The position numbers and the translations under genes were made by a program. From assembly GCA_902777645.1 (NCBI GenBank), contig CACYUZ010000014.1:1296-65295 (forward strand): a stretch of 64,000 nucleotides of DNA. The letters run 5' to 3'. Source of the DNA: an uncultured Prevotellaceae bacterium (GTDB taxonomy: Bacteria > Bacteroidota > Bacteroidia > Bacteroidales > Bacteroidaceae). The notes beneath the pieces are model-generated. The model was not told the DNA's origin, searched no databases, and saw nothing but the letters and a program-made list of their open reading frames with translations. This document shows, piece after piece, positions 1 to 8,309 of the stretch; positions within the stretch are counted from its first letter, which is position 1, and every line of letters starts with the position of its first letter.

Positions 1-3000
1 CTCATCGAGACGGCAGACATCAGCTTCACGTTGGGGGAAACATCCCATATTGGTGTGGATGAAAAGACGGTTGCGGGCACGCGTCATACCCACATAAAAC
101 TGACGCAGCAAGCGGTCATCGACCGATGAGATGTTGGCAATGAGCATGTACACATCGTCAAATTCCCGTCCTTTGGCCTTATGGATGGTGGAGACAATCA
201 CCTCGCCCTCGTTGATCTCACAAAAATCATCAATCGACGACTCAAAGACAAACTCGCGGAAGTCAGTACGGTACAGATGCTGATTGGTCTTCTCAAACTG
301 CTCCACACAACGTTTCAGATAAGGCAGGCACCGGCTGCGCTCATATTTGGCATAAGTGGCCTGCTTGGCCTCCTGCCATACCTCTTGCGGAATAATCGAA
401 TCGGACGATACGTCGAGACGACGGAGAAAATAGCGAACCTCAGCCAACTTCCAGAAACTGAACCCATCGGTCGACTGGATGAGTTGGCTGTTGACACCCT
501 GTCTGCGCAGCACCGACAGAATCATGGTAGCCTCTTCATTGGTCTGCGTGAGCACACACTGGCTGCCATGTCCCCTGCCGCGGAGCAAGGAGGCCACCAA
601 CGGCTCATACATCTCCTTGGAGCGGTAGAAGGTGACTTCCACCCTACCCTCCTCCTCACGCCGCGATACAACAGGCGCTTTTTTGAGACGGTTGTGAATG
701 GAGGCGGCAAAGGCATTGGCAAACCGCACCACATGGCGGCTGCTGCGGAAGTTGTCGGTCATGTCCATCAGGCGGGATGAGGGCATCTCCGCCAAAAGGG
801 CCATATAGCGCGAGTCTGCCCCCCTAAATTCGAATATGTTCTGGTCATCATCACCCACGGCTATAACCCTCATCCCCTCATTGGCCTCCATAAGCGCTTT
901 TACAAGACCATATTCATCGGCACTCATGTCCTGGGCCTCGTCTATCACCAGCACCGTCTTGCTTATCTTGCTGCGTTCCACCAATCCGTCTTTTATCATC
1001 CGGGCGGCCTGTTCCACCACATTGTCCACCTCTTCAAGATTACCGATACGTCCCAGCAAGTCGAAGCTGTAGGAATGGAAGGTCTTGATATCGACATAAT
1101 GGGCGGCATTTCCCACCATGTCGAGCAGGCGCTCCTTAAACTCGGTGGCGGCTGCCCTGGAGAAGGTGAGCATAAGGAGCTGTTCGTGCTTCACATCCTC
1201 GAGCATGAGCAGCGAGGCCAATTTATGCACCAGCACCCGCGTCTTGCCGCTACCGGGTCCTGCCGCCACAACGATGCAGTGCGACTCGCTGTCGTTGATA
1301 ATTTCCTTCTGCCGCGGCGACAGTTGGCCGAACAGTTGCTCCCATTTGGCGGGTGTGATGCACCGCTGTATCTCCTTGACGCGGTCGCCCTTGAAATAGC
1401 GGTTGATGAACTGGCGGTAGTCCATCTGGAAATAGTCTTTCACATACTGCAGGGCCGCTTGGTAATCGCTCACCATCAGATTGGCATACTCTCCCACAAT
1501 GTGCACCTGCTGTATCTTCTGGCGGTAGAACTCGTCGAGCATCTTATAGTCGTCTTTCAGATACCGGCGGTTGTCTTTTAGACGACGTATGTCCATGGCA
1601 TTGTACAGCACCAGAAAACCTCCTTCGAGTTTCAAGGCCCCTATCTTGGAGAGATAGAGAAGTGCCTCTTCTATATCCGGCAGTTGAAGGTCGCCGGCAC
1701 GGACGAAGAGCGACTGTCTGTGCTGTTGGACATAGCGCAGGAGCTCTACCTCAGAAAACGGCACCTGCCGGTAGTGCTTGTCCTTCTTTTCGCCCATTTG
1801 CTCGGCTGTATCAGTCTGCCGGTAGAGCCACTCCACCACCATCCGGCTTATCTCGAGCCGGCGCTCCATGCGCTCGGTCAGCATCTCCAAGTCGGCCTGG
1901 AGTTTTATCTCCAGGTTATGGGCGGCATCTTCCTTCTTGCGGATATAGTCCTTCACGGTGAGGAAATAGAGCAGAGTGCGAAGGTCTTTCTCTGTGGATT
2001 TTTCCACCCCAGCGTGCAGGGCGCTGTCGTTGAGCTGGCGACAGGAGGCGCGCAGTTCGCCTGTGCGCATTTCCTTCAGTAAGAACCGCTCCATTTGGGC
2101 AAAACGGCTGAGCAGGGCCTGCGCCTTCTTCTCATTGTCGTCATGCTCCATGAGGTAGGCGGTGATATCACGGCTGTCGGCCAGGATTCCTTCCTGCCGC
2201 ATGCGTTCTACTGCCGATACCACCTCACTCTTGGTGAGCGCCAGGATGTCGGCCAGATAGTCGATACGCGACTCAGCCTCCGCTCCTTGGGCTTTATAAA
2301 TGTGTTTCTTTGAAATCAGCGAGCGGATGATGCGCACGGCTTTCTCCACCTCATCGGCATGGAAAAGGGCCGACTGCATGAGACGTGCCCGTGCCTCGTC
2401 TACGTCGCGCACGGTAATGCCGGTGGCATAGACGTGGGGCACATTGTTGCCGCGCTCCAAATAGCCGCCTTGTTCAAGAGCGGCCAATGCCGTGCGCACA
2501 CGAGTCTCCAAATCGGTGACCGACTCGTCCCATCCTGCCTGCCGGGCTATCTCCAAGGCCGAACAGCACACCCGGCTGCGCTGGCGGGTGAGTGTCTTGA
2601 CAGCCTGCCACACCTGCTGTATCTGACTGATGCTCAGTTTGGTCTGGTTGAGCAGGATAAAATGCTTGTCGAGGTCGCTCTCACTGTAGAGCACATAGCA
2701 GCGGGCATTGAGATGGGGGTCACGGCCGGCACGGCCGGCCTCCTGCACATAGTTCTCCAACGACTCCGAGATATCGTAGTGAACCACCAGACCCACATCG
2801 GGCTTGTCCACCCCCATGCCGAAGGCGGAGGTAGCAACTATCACCCCCACCTGGTCGGACATAAAGGCTTCCTGGTTGGCCACTTTCTCATCGCTGTCCA
2901 TTTTGCCGTTGAAGGGGAGTGCCTTGTAGCCGTCGCGCGTCAGGCGCTCGGCCAGCTCACGGGTGCGGCGGGTGCGCGACACATAGACAATGGTGGGACA

Positions 3001-3585
3001 GGCAGCCTCGGCCACCAACGAGCGCAACTTGAGGTATTTGTCATCGGGAGTGTCGGCATGAATCACCGAATAGCGCAGATTGGTGCGCGTGGCCGAGGAG
3101 GCAAAGAGTTCCAGATGCAGTCCAAGGGTGGTACGGAAATAGTCGCGTATGTCTTGTATTACCTTTTGCTTGGCGGTGGCCGTAAAACATGATACGGGAA
3201 TGGGATGCGGGCATCTCTTCTTCTGCTGGTAGGAGCGGATAAACCGCCCTATATAGAGATAGTCTACCCGGAAGTCCTGCCCCCATGAAGAAAAGCAGTG
3301 GGCCTCGTCGATGACAAAACGCACCACATGGCGCGACAGGAGTATGCGCTCTATCGTATTGGAGCGGAGCATCTCGGGAGCAATGTATAGAAGCGAGGCC
3401 TCGCCCTCCTGCACACGCTGTATGGCATTGGCACGGCTGATGGGATCGAGCAGGCCGTTGATGGTGACGGCATCGGCTATGCCGCGCTCAGCCAGATTGT
3501 CGACCTGGTCTTTCATCAGCGACTGGAGGGGCGAGATGACCACGGTCAGTCCATGCACCGTGCGGCCTTCCATCAGGGCGGGCAA
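1..3585 (-). CDS. RecQ-family SF2 helicase core fused to a UvrD/PcrA-type SF1 helicase. This is the distal part of a disrupted exonuclease-RecQ-UvrD gene; its 3' end lies outside the window.
   Basis: The reverse-strand frame is open for all 1195 codons from 3585 to 1. It is absent from the ORF track because it has no stop inside the window. My translation shows RecQ motifs LPALMEG, DEAHCFSSWGQDFR (approx 3290-3330), FTATA, ATSAFGMGVDKPDV and QEAGRAGRD. UvrD motifs follow: AAGPGSGKTRVLV (approx 1238-1268), VLVIDEAQDMS, VGDDDQNIFEFRGA, NFRSSRHV, STIHKAKGREFD and YVGMTRARNRLF. Confidence 0.85.
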   Translation of the reverse strand, partial: MPALMEGRTVHGLTVVISPLQSLMKDQVDNLAERGIADAVTINGLLDPISRANAIQRVQEGEASLLYIAPEMLRSNTIERILLSRHVVRFVIDEAHCFSSWGQDFRVDYLYIGRFIRSYQQKKRCPHPIPVSCFTATAKQKVIQDIRDYFRTTLGLHLELFASSATRTNLRYSVIHADTPDDKYLKLRSLVAEAACPTIVYVSRTRRTRELAERLTRDGYKALPFNGKMDSDEKVANQEAFMSDQVGVIVATSAFGMGVDKPDVGLVVHYDISESLENYVQEAGRAGRDPHLNARCYVLYSESDLDKHFILLNQTKLSISQIQQVWQAVKTLTRQRSRVCCSALEIARQAGWDESVTDLETRVRTALAALEQGGYLERGNNVPHVYATGITVRDVDEARARLMQSALFHADEVEKAVRIIRSLISKKHIYKAQGAEAESRIDYLADILALTKSEVVSAVERMRQEGILADSRDITAYLMEHDDNEKKAQALLSRFAQMERFLLKEMRTGELRASCRQLNDSALHAGVEKSTEKDLRTLLYFLTVKDYIRKKEDAAHNLEIKLQADLEMLTERMERRLEISRMVVEWLYRQTDTAEQMGEKKDKHYRQVPFSEVELLRYVQQHRQSLFVRAGDLQLPDIEEALLYLSKIGALKLEGGFLVLYNAMDIRRLKDNRRYLKDDYKMLDEFYRQKIQQVHIVGEYANLMVSDYQAALQYVKDYFQMDYRQFINRYFKGDRVKEIQRCITPAKWEQLFGQLSPRQKEIINDSESHCIVVAAGPGSGKTRVLVHKLASLLMLEDVKHEQLLMLTFSRAAATEFKERLLDMVGNAAHYVDIKTFHSYSFDLLGRIGNLEEVDNVVEQAARMIKDGLVERSKISKTVLVIDEAQDMSADEYGLVKALMEANEGMRVIAVGDDDQNIFEFRGADSRYMALLAEMPSSRLMDMTDNFRSSRHVVRFANAFAASIHNRLKKAPVVSRREEEGRVEVTFYRSKEMYEPLVASLLRGRGHGSQCVLTQTNEEATMILSVLRRQGVNSQLIQSTDGFSFWKLAEVRYFLRRLDVSSDSIIPQEVWQEAKQATYAKYERSRCLPYLKRCVEQFEKTNQHLYRTDFREFVFESSIDDFCEINEGEVIVSTIHKAKGREFDDVYMLIANISSVDDRLLRQFYVGMTRARNRLFIHTNMGCFPQREADVCRLDE

Positions 3586-4515
3586 CTAGAAAGTGAGCGA
3601 CTTGCCGCCGCCAGTGGGGAAGATGGCCAGCAGCGATTTTCCGTCGACGGCAGCGCGGGCCGCCTTCTCCTGCAGCGGCTCGCCCTCGTAGGTGCGAAAC
3701 CGGTCGTAGCCGAAAAGCTCCTTCAGATTGTGGTGCAGGTCGAGCCGTCGGTTGCAATAGGGGCACCCTTGGGAACAAGGCTTATGACGCAACAAGCGCA
3801 CCACATGCTCCACCCCGGGATAGGTGTGAAGCACCCATCCCGGGGTGACTGAACGGTAGTCGGAGGTGTCGGCAAGTGCCAGGGCATAGGCCAGCTCCAC
3901 AGCATGCTCACCGATGAGCATCGACAAGTCGGCATGCTGGCATATCTTGCCTTCATAGGTGCTTACGATAAGCGCGGACAACTCCTCTGAACCATTCTCA
4001 GCGCCAACCATACTCAAGAAACCTTCAAATTCGGTTTGTCCCCGTAGCAGCGATGCATAGATTTGCTGTTTGGCAGCGGGCAACCGGTGCCAGGCAGCTA
4101 TCTCGTCCTGCAACAGGTCGCGTGCCTTTTCACAGTCGTTCACCGGGTTGTTCACTTGTTCCGTCAGCAGTTTGTCGTCTTTCAGCAGCCGGTGATAGGG
4201 CCGCTCCGGAAAGAGCAAGGGCGAGAGATAGAGTGTGTCGACCAATTGAAAGGGGATGGGTCTGTCGCCAAAGAGGTAAAGGGCGTCGTGGTGCACGATG
4301 TTGTGCCCGCAAAGATAATCGGAGCCCTGCAGAAAATGCAGCAACCGATTCCGCGACGCTTCATGAAAGACAACACCGTCGGGACGCAGGGCACCGATGT
4401 CGTGAATGCGCTGGTCGGCTCCCACCTCTACATCCACCACGGCATAGCGCAACTCCCCAGGCTGCATAGAGCCGGGAACCACTCCTCCTGTACCAGTGTT
4501 GTCGCCCAATAACAT
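3586..4515 (-). CDS. DEDD (DnaQ/WRN-like) 3'-5' exonuclease domain plus the RecQ Walker A motif. This N-terminal fragment ends at a premature TAG.
   Basis: ORF track 3586..4539; the 4539 start is TTG and the first ATG is at 4515 (MLLGDNTG...). Exo motifs YAVVDVEVG (DxE) and GHNIVHHD are present. The C-terminus reads AIFPTGGGKSLTF followed by TAG (3586-3588), then continues in frame as LPALMEG. A -7 box at 4537-4544 favours the 4515 start. Confidence 0.8.
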   Translation of the reverse strand: MLLGDNTGTGGVVPGSMQPGELRYAVVDVEVGADQRIHDIGALRPDGVVFHEASRNRLLHFLQGSDYLCGHNIVHHDALYLFGDRPIPFQLVDTLYLSPLLFPERPYHRLLKDDKLLTEQVNNPVNDCEKARDLLQDEIAAWHRLPAAKQQIYASLLRGQTEFEGFLSMVGAENGSEELSALIVSTYEGKICQHADLSMLIGEHAVELAYALALADTSDYRSVTPGWVLHTYPGVEHVVRLLRHKPCSQGCPYCNRRLDLHHNLKELFGYDRFRTYEGEPLQEKAARAAVDGKSLLAIFPTGGGKSLTF

Positions 4516-4536
4516 AAAATGAAAGTGAACAGTATG

Positions 4537-4544
4537 CAAAAATA
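4537..4544 (-). promoter_or_regulatory. Bacteroidota-type -7 promoter box (TATTTTTG on the minus strand) for the exonuclease-RecQ-UvrD gene
   Basis: Plus-strand CAAAAATA is the reverse complement of TATTTTTG and matches TAnnTTTG. It lies about 21 nt upstream of the ATG at 4515. Confidence 0.4.
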
Positions 4545-4746
4545 AGGATTATTTGCGAACTGTACAACCTACCCCGTGAAAAAATAGAGCCCCACAAGAT
4601 GAAGAACCACACCAACACGCCCGATATCTGCCTTTATGAAGAAGGAAGGGGTCTTAAATAGACAAAAAACAGTCTCCTTTTCCTCCTAAACAAAGCAAAA
4701 AAGGAAGATTTGAACAAAAACGATTCACAAATAGAAGATTATTGTC

Positions 4747-4754
4747 TATCTTTG
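4747..4754 (+). promoter_or_regulatory. Bacteroidota-type -7 promoter box (TATCTTTG) for the nuclease-helicase gene
   Basis: Matches TAnnTTTG, about 85 nt upstream of the ATG at 4840. Confidence 0.35.
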
Positions 4755-4839
4755 TTGCCAAAACTCACACTATTTCTCAGAGAATTAAGGAGGGAAGCCC
4801 TAACCAGACCTTCTACCCTATACGACGAAAAACAGCACC

Positions 4840-7800
4840 ATGGCAGAACAAAGATATTACGAACAGGAAGTGGCCATCAGTCTCTTCGGCGAACTGCAAG
4901 ACAGTCTGCGGCGGTTGCCCCACTACGCGATGGCCTACCGCACCCTGAACCGTGTGTTCCTCATCACCCTCGACCAAAAGACCCGGATGGCCGGCGTACG
5001 GTTCAACGGCCCCTTTGCCAAGACCGACTACCTGCTCAAAGAGCACCATGCACCGAGAGCGCTGCGGGCCACCGTGAACGAGGCGCGTGTGCACCTGCGC
5101 AGACTGCAGGAAACCGACGAGGAGACAATGGCCGCCAATTTCCTACACGACTGGAAAGCCGTGTGCCAGTTTGTGGCCCTGGTGTTCCAGACGCCCGTTC
5201 CCAGTCTGCTCGAGATACACTTTCCGCCACCGCGCAAAAGAGAGCGGGGTGCTCTGAAGGCCGAATACCTGCGGGTCATCGTGAACCGCTGGGACGCCAC
5301 CTATCTCTACGCCGACGCCGACACGGAAGACGCCGAGGAGGTGAAGGTGTTCTACGGGGGCGCCAGCGAGCACGCCGTATACAGCGAGTGGGACTGGAGC
5401 TACCTGCACAGTCTGCTACACGAAGACTGCCAGCTCAACCTGGTGCGGCCCAAGGAAAAAGACGGGGTACTCTATCCCGAACTGATAGTTTATGAACCCG
5501 ACTATCTGGTCGACATCTCGGCTGTGGCGGGATGTTTTGAATCCTATGCCCACTCGCACCTGGTGCACCTTATCAACAAGATAAAACCGGCCGCCAGCAG
5601 CTCGGCCATCATGCTTGGCAACATGGCCAGCCAACTGCTCGACGAGGCACTGCAGACACAGAAGCCTTCCTACAGGGAGAGTATGGATAAATTCTTCGCC
5701 TCCAATGCTGTGGGACTGCTCACCACCACCCTCGACGCCGACTTCCACGCCCAGGCACAGACCCAGCAGCGCAACATACAGCGGTTGCTCTCCACCACCC
5801 TGCCCCAACTGCTGAACGCCGACCACATCCGCTTCAATGCCACCGACATTATGGTGGAGCCTTCCTTCTTCTCAGAGATGTTGGGGCTGCAGGGACGCAT
5901 GGACTTCCTCCAACTGGACCAGAAAGTGGTGATAGAGCAGAAGTCGGGCAAGAGCGGATGGCCGCAAAGAGACCCCGACACCCCTGTGCATAAAGAGCAG
6001 CACTATGTGCAGCTGTTGCTCTACATGTTGCTGTTGAGATACAACTACCGCGAGCAGTATGAGAAGAACCAACGCAATCTGCACGCTTTCCTGCTCTATT
6101 CGAAATATCTGAACGGTCTGCTACCCCTGGGCTTTGCCCCTCAGCTCATCTTCGAGGCCATGAAACTGCGCAATGAGACGGTAGCCGCCGAGTTCAGCTA
6201 CACCCACGGCGCCATGAACGTGCTCGACACGCTGACACCCGACAATCTGAACATCCGGAAAGCCAAGGGGCGCCTTTGGGAGGAATGGACCCGCAAAGAC
6301 CTGACCCTACTGCTGCAACCCCTGCACCGGGCCTCTGCACTGGAGCGGGCCTACTACCACCGCTTCATGACCTTCCTGGCCACGGAACATCTCATGGCCA
6401 AGGTGGGCAACCAGACCAAGGAGAGCTCCGGATTCGCCGACAAATGGAACAGTCCGCTGGACACCAAACTGCTCAACGGCAACATCTACTGCGACCTGGA
6501 ACTGGTGAGCCCCACGGCCGACAGCCAAGACAGGGTGGAAAGTGTGACCCTGCGGTTCGCCCAACGACCCGACAGCGACATATCCAACTTCAGAACCGGC
6601 GACATCGTGATACTGTATCCCTACGACGATGGCACAGAGCCCGACGCACGGCGCACCATGGTGTTTCGTGCCACCCTGCAGGAGATAGGACAAGAGCAAA
6701 TCACCCTGAGCCTGCGCGCCATGCAGGTGAACAGCCATGTGTTCTGGCACAACGGGAAAAAGAAATGGGCCATCGAGCACGACTTCTTCGAGTCATCGTA
6801 TGGGGCACTCTACCGCGGCATGCACGCCTTCCTCTCTGCTCCTCAGGAGCGCAGAGACCTGCTCCTACTGCAACGGCCGCCCCTGACCGACCCATCGCTC
6901 ACCCTGCGGGGCGACTACGGCCCTTTCAACACCCTGGCCCTGAAAGTGCGGCAGGCACAGGACCTCTTCCTCATCATCGGACCGCCGGGCACCGGCAAGA
7001 CCTCCTACGGACTGGTGAACACACTAAAGGAAGAACTGCGGAGCGAGGAGGCCAGTGTGCTGCTGCTCTCCTACACCAACCGCGCCGTCGACGAAATTTG
7101 CAGCAAACTGGTGGAGGAGGGACTCGACTTCATACGCATCGGGAGCCGCTTCTCGTGTGAGGAGCGCTACCGCCCATATCTGCTCGACGCCAAGGTACGG
7201 GAGTGCGGTTCTGTGACGGCGCTCAAGGAGAGGGTGGCCCGCACGCGCATCTTCGTGGGCACCACCTCCACCTTCAACGCCAACGCCAACTTCTTCAAGG
7301 TGAAACAGTTCAGCCTGGCCATCATCGACGAGGCTTCGCAGATTCTGGAGCCTCACCTCATGGGGGTGCTCAGCGCTACAGACGAGGACGGAAGAAGCGC
7401 CATACGCAAAATAGTGCTCATAGGCGACCACAAGCAGTTGCCCGCTGTGGTGCAGCAGAAGGAAGAGGAATCGGAGGTGCACGACAGACTGCTCAACGAC
7501 ATCTGCCTGACCAACTGCCGCCTCTCGCTTTTCGAGCGCCTGCTCAAGCGCTACCGCGGCAATCCCGACGTGGTGTACATGCTCACCAAACAGGGACGCA
7601 TGCACCAGGACATCGCCATCTTTCCCAACGATGCCTTTTACAACGGTCAATTGCAGGTGGTGCCGCTGCCCCATCAGGACAAGATGCTGCCCGCACTGGG
7701 ACAGGGGCACAACGGCATAGACAACCTGCTCGCCACACGCCGCATCGCCTTCATAGCCGTGGCGCCGCCACACGACAGCGTGTCGGAAAAGGTGAACACC

Positions 7801-8292
7801 CACGAGGCGCAGGCCATAGCCGCCACGGTGCTGCGGATATACGAAATGGAGAAAGACCATTTCTCGGCCACCGACACTGTGGGCGTAATCGTGCCCTACC
7901 GCAACCAGATAGCCGAAGTGAGAAAATACATCGAGAGGAGCGGCATCGAAGCCCTGCGCGACATCACCATCGACACAGTGGAGCGGTTCCAAGGCAGTCA
8001 GCGCGACTATATCCTCTACGGATTCACCATACAGCACTTCTACCAACTCGATTTCCTCACCAGCAATGTCTTCGAGGAAGACGACTGCATCATAGACCGC
8101 AAACTCAACGTGGCCATGACGCGCGCCCGAGAGCACCTGCTGCTCTTCGGCAACCCGGAACTGCTGGCCAACGACATCACTTTCTCCCGCCTCATGGACT
8201 TTGTGCGCAGCCGCCAGGGATTCTTCGAACCCGACCTCGACCGGTATGTGACGGGACAGTTCAACGTACCGGAAATGAAACGTGAAACATAA
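4840..8292 (+). CDS. PD-(D/E)XK nuclease fused to an SF1B (Dna2/Upf1/Nhi-like) helicase
   Basis: 1150-aa ORF with an ATG start. A RecB/Cas4-type nuclease signature GRMDFLQLD..VIEQKSG..QHYVQLLLY lies at approx 5893-6020. Helicase motifs are IIGPPGTGKTS (approx 6973-7005), AIIDEASQ, GDHKQLPAVV, TVERFQGSQRD and LNVAMTRAREHLLLFGN. Confidence 0.85.
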   Translation: MAEQRYYEQEVAISLFGELQDSLRRLPHYAMAYRTLNRVFLITLDQKTRMAGVRFNGPFAKTDYLLKEHHAPRALRATVNEARVHLRRLQETDEETMAANFLHDWKAVCQFVALVFQTPVPSLLEIHFPPPRKRERGALKAEYLRVIVNRWDATYLYADADTEDAEEVKVFYGGASEHAVYSEWDWSYLHSLLHEDCQLNLVRPKEKDGVLYPELIVYEPDYLVDISAVAGCFESYAHSHLVHLINKIKPAASSSAIMLGNMASQLLDEALQTQKPSYRESMDKFFASNAVGLLTTTLDADFHAQAQTQQRNIQRLLSTTLPQLLNADHIRFNATDIMVEPSFFSEMLGLQGRMDFLQLDQKVVIEQKSGKSGWPQRDPDTPVHKEQHYVQLLLYMLLLRYNYREQYEKNQRNLHAFLLYSKYLNGLLPLGFAPQLIFEAMKLRNETVAAEFSYTHGAMNVLDTLTPDNLNIRKAKGRLWEEWTRKDLTLLLQPLHRASALERAYYHRFMTFLATEHLMAKVGNQTKESSGFADKWNSPLDTKLLNGNIYCDLELVSPTADSQDRVESVTLRFAQRPDSDISNFRTGDIVILYPYDDGTEPDARRTMVFRATLQEIGQEQITLSLRAMQVNSHVFWHNGKKKWAIEHDFFESSYGALYRGMHAFLSAPQERRDLLLLQRPPLTDPSLTLRGDYGPFNTLALKVRQAQDLFLIIGPPGTGKTSYGLVNTLKEELRSEEASVLLLSYTNRAVDEICSKLVEEGLDFIRIGSRFSCEERYRPYLLDAKVRECGSVTALKERVARTRIFVGTTSTFNANANFFKVKQFSLAIIDEASQILEPHLMGVLSATDEDGRSAIRKIVLIGDHKQLPAVVQQKEEESEVHDRLLNDICLTNCRLSLFERLLKRYRGNPDVVYMLTKQGRMHQDIAIFPNDAFYNGQLQVVPLPHQDKMLPALGQGHNGIDNLLATRRIAFIAVAPPHDSVSEKVNTHEAQAIAATVLRIYEMEKDHFSATDTVGVIVPYRNQIAEVRKYIERSGIEALRDITIDTVERFQGSQRDYILYGFTIQHFYQLDFLTSNVFEEDDCIIDRKLNVAMTRAREHLLLFGNPELLANDITFSRLMDFVRSRQGFFEPDLDRYVTGQFNVPEMKRET

Positions 8293-8309
8293 CAAAAAAC
8301 AGATACCCT

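Noticed and set aside
3586-3588. The in-frame TAG in the RecQ gene might indicate TAG-to-Gln recoding, as in some Bacteroidales phages
   Set aside because: TAG is used as an ordinary terminator by well-supported genes in the same window (trkH 60542-60544, manA 61548-61550). Nothing in the window is phage-like. A point nonsense mutation or a sequencing error is the simpler explanation.
4710-5495. 261-aa plus-strand ORF starting in the divergent spacer and running into the nuclease-helicase gene in another frame
   Set aside because: The translation is Arg/Pro/Gly-rich and low-complexity. It is out of frame with the 1150-aa ORF, which carries the nuclease and helicase motifs.
7024-8295. 423-aa minus-strand ORF and 360-aa plus-strand alternative-frame ORF inside the nuclease-helicase gene. 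There are similar cases at 29906..31009, 32173..33162, 38151..41597, 49048..50367 and 50843..52453.
   Set aside because: These are alternative-frame or antisense artefacts of GC-rich coding sequence. They have an Arg/Gly/His/Pro-rich composition, no motifs, and are fully nested in well-supported genes.
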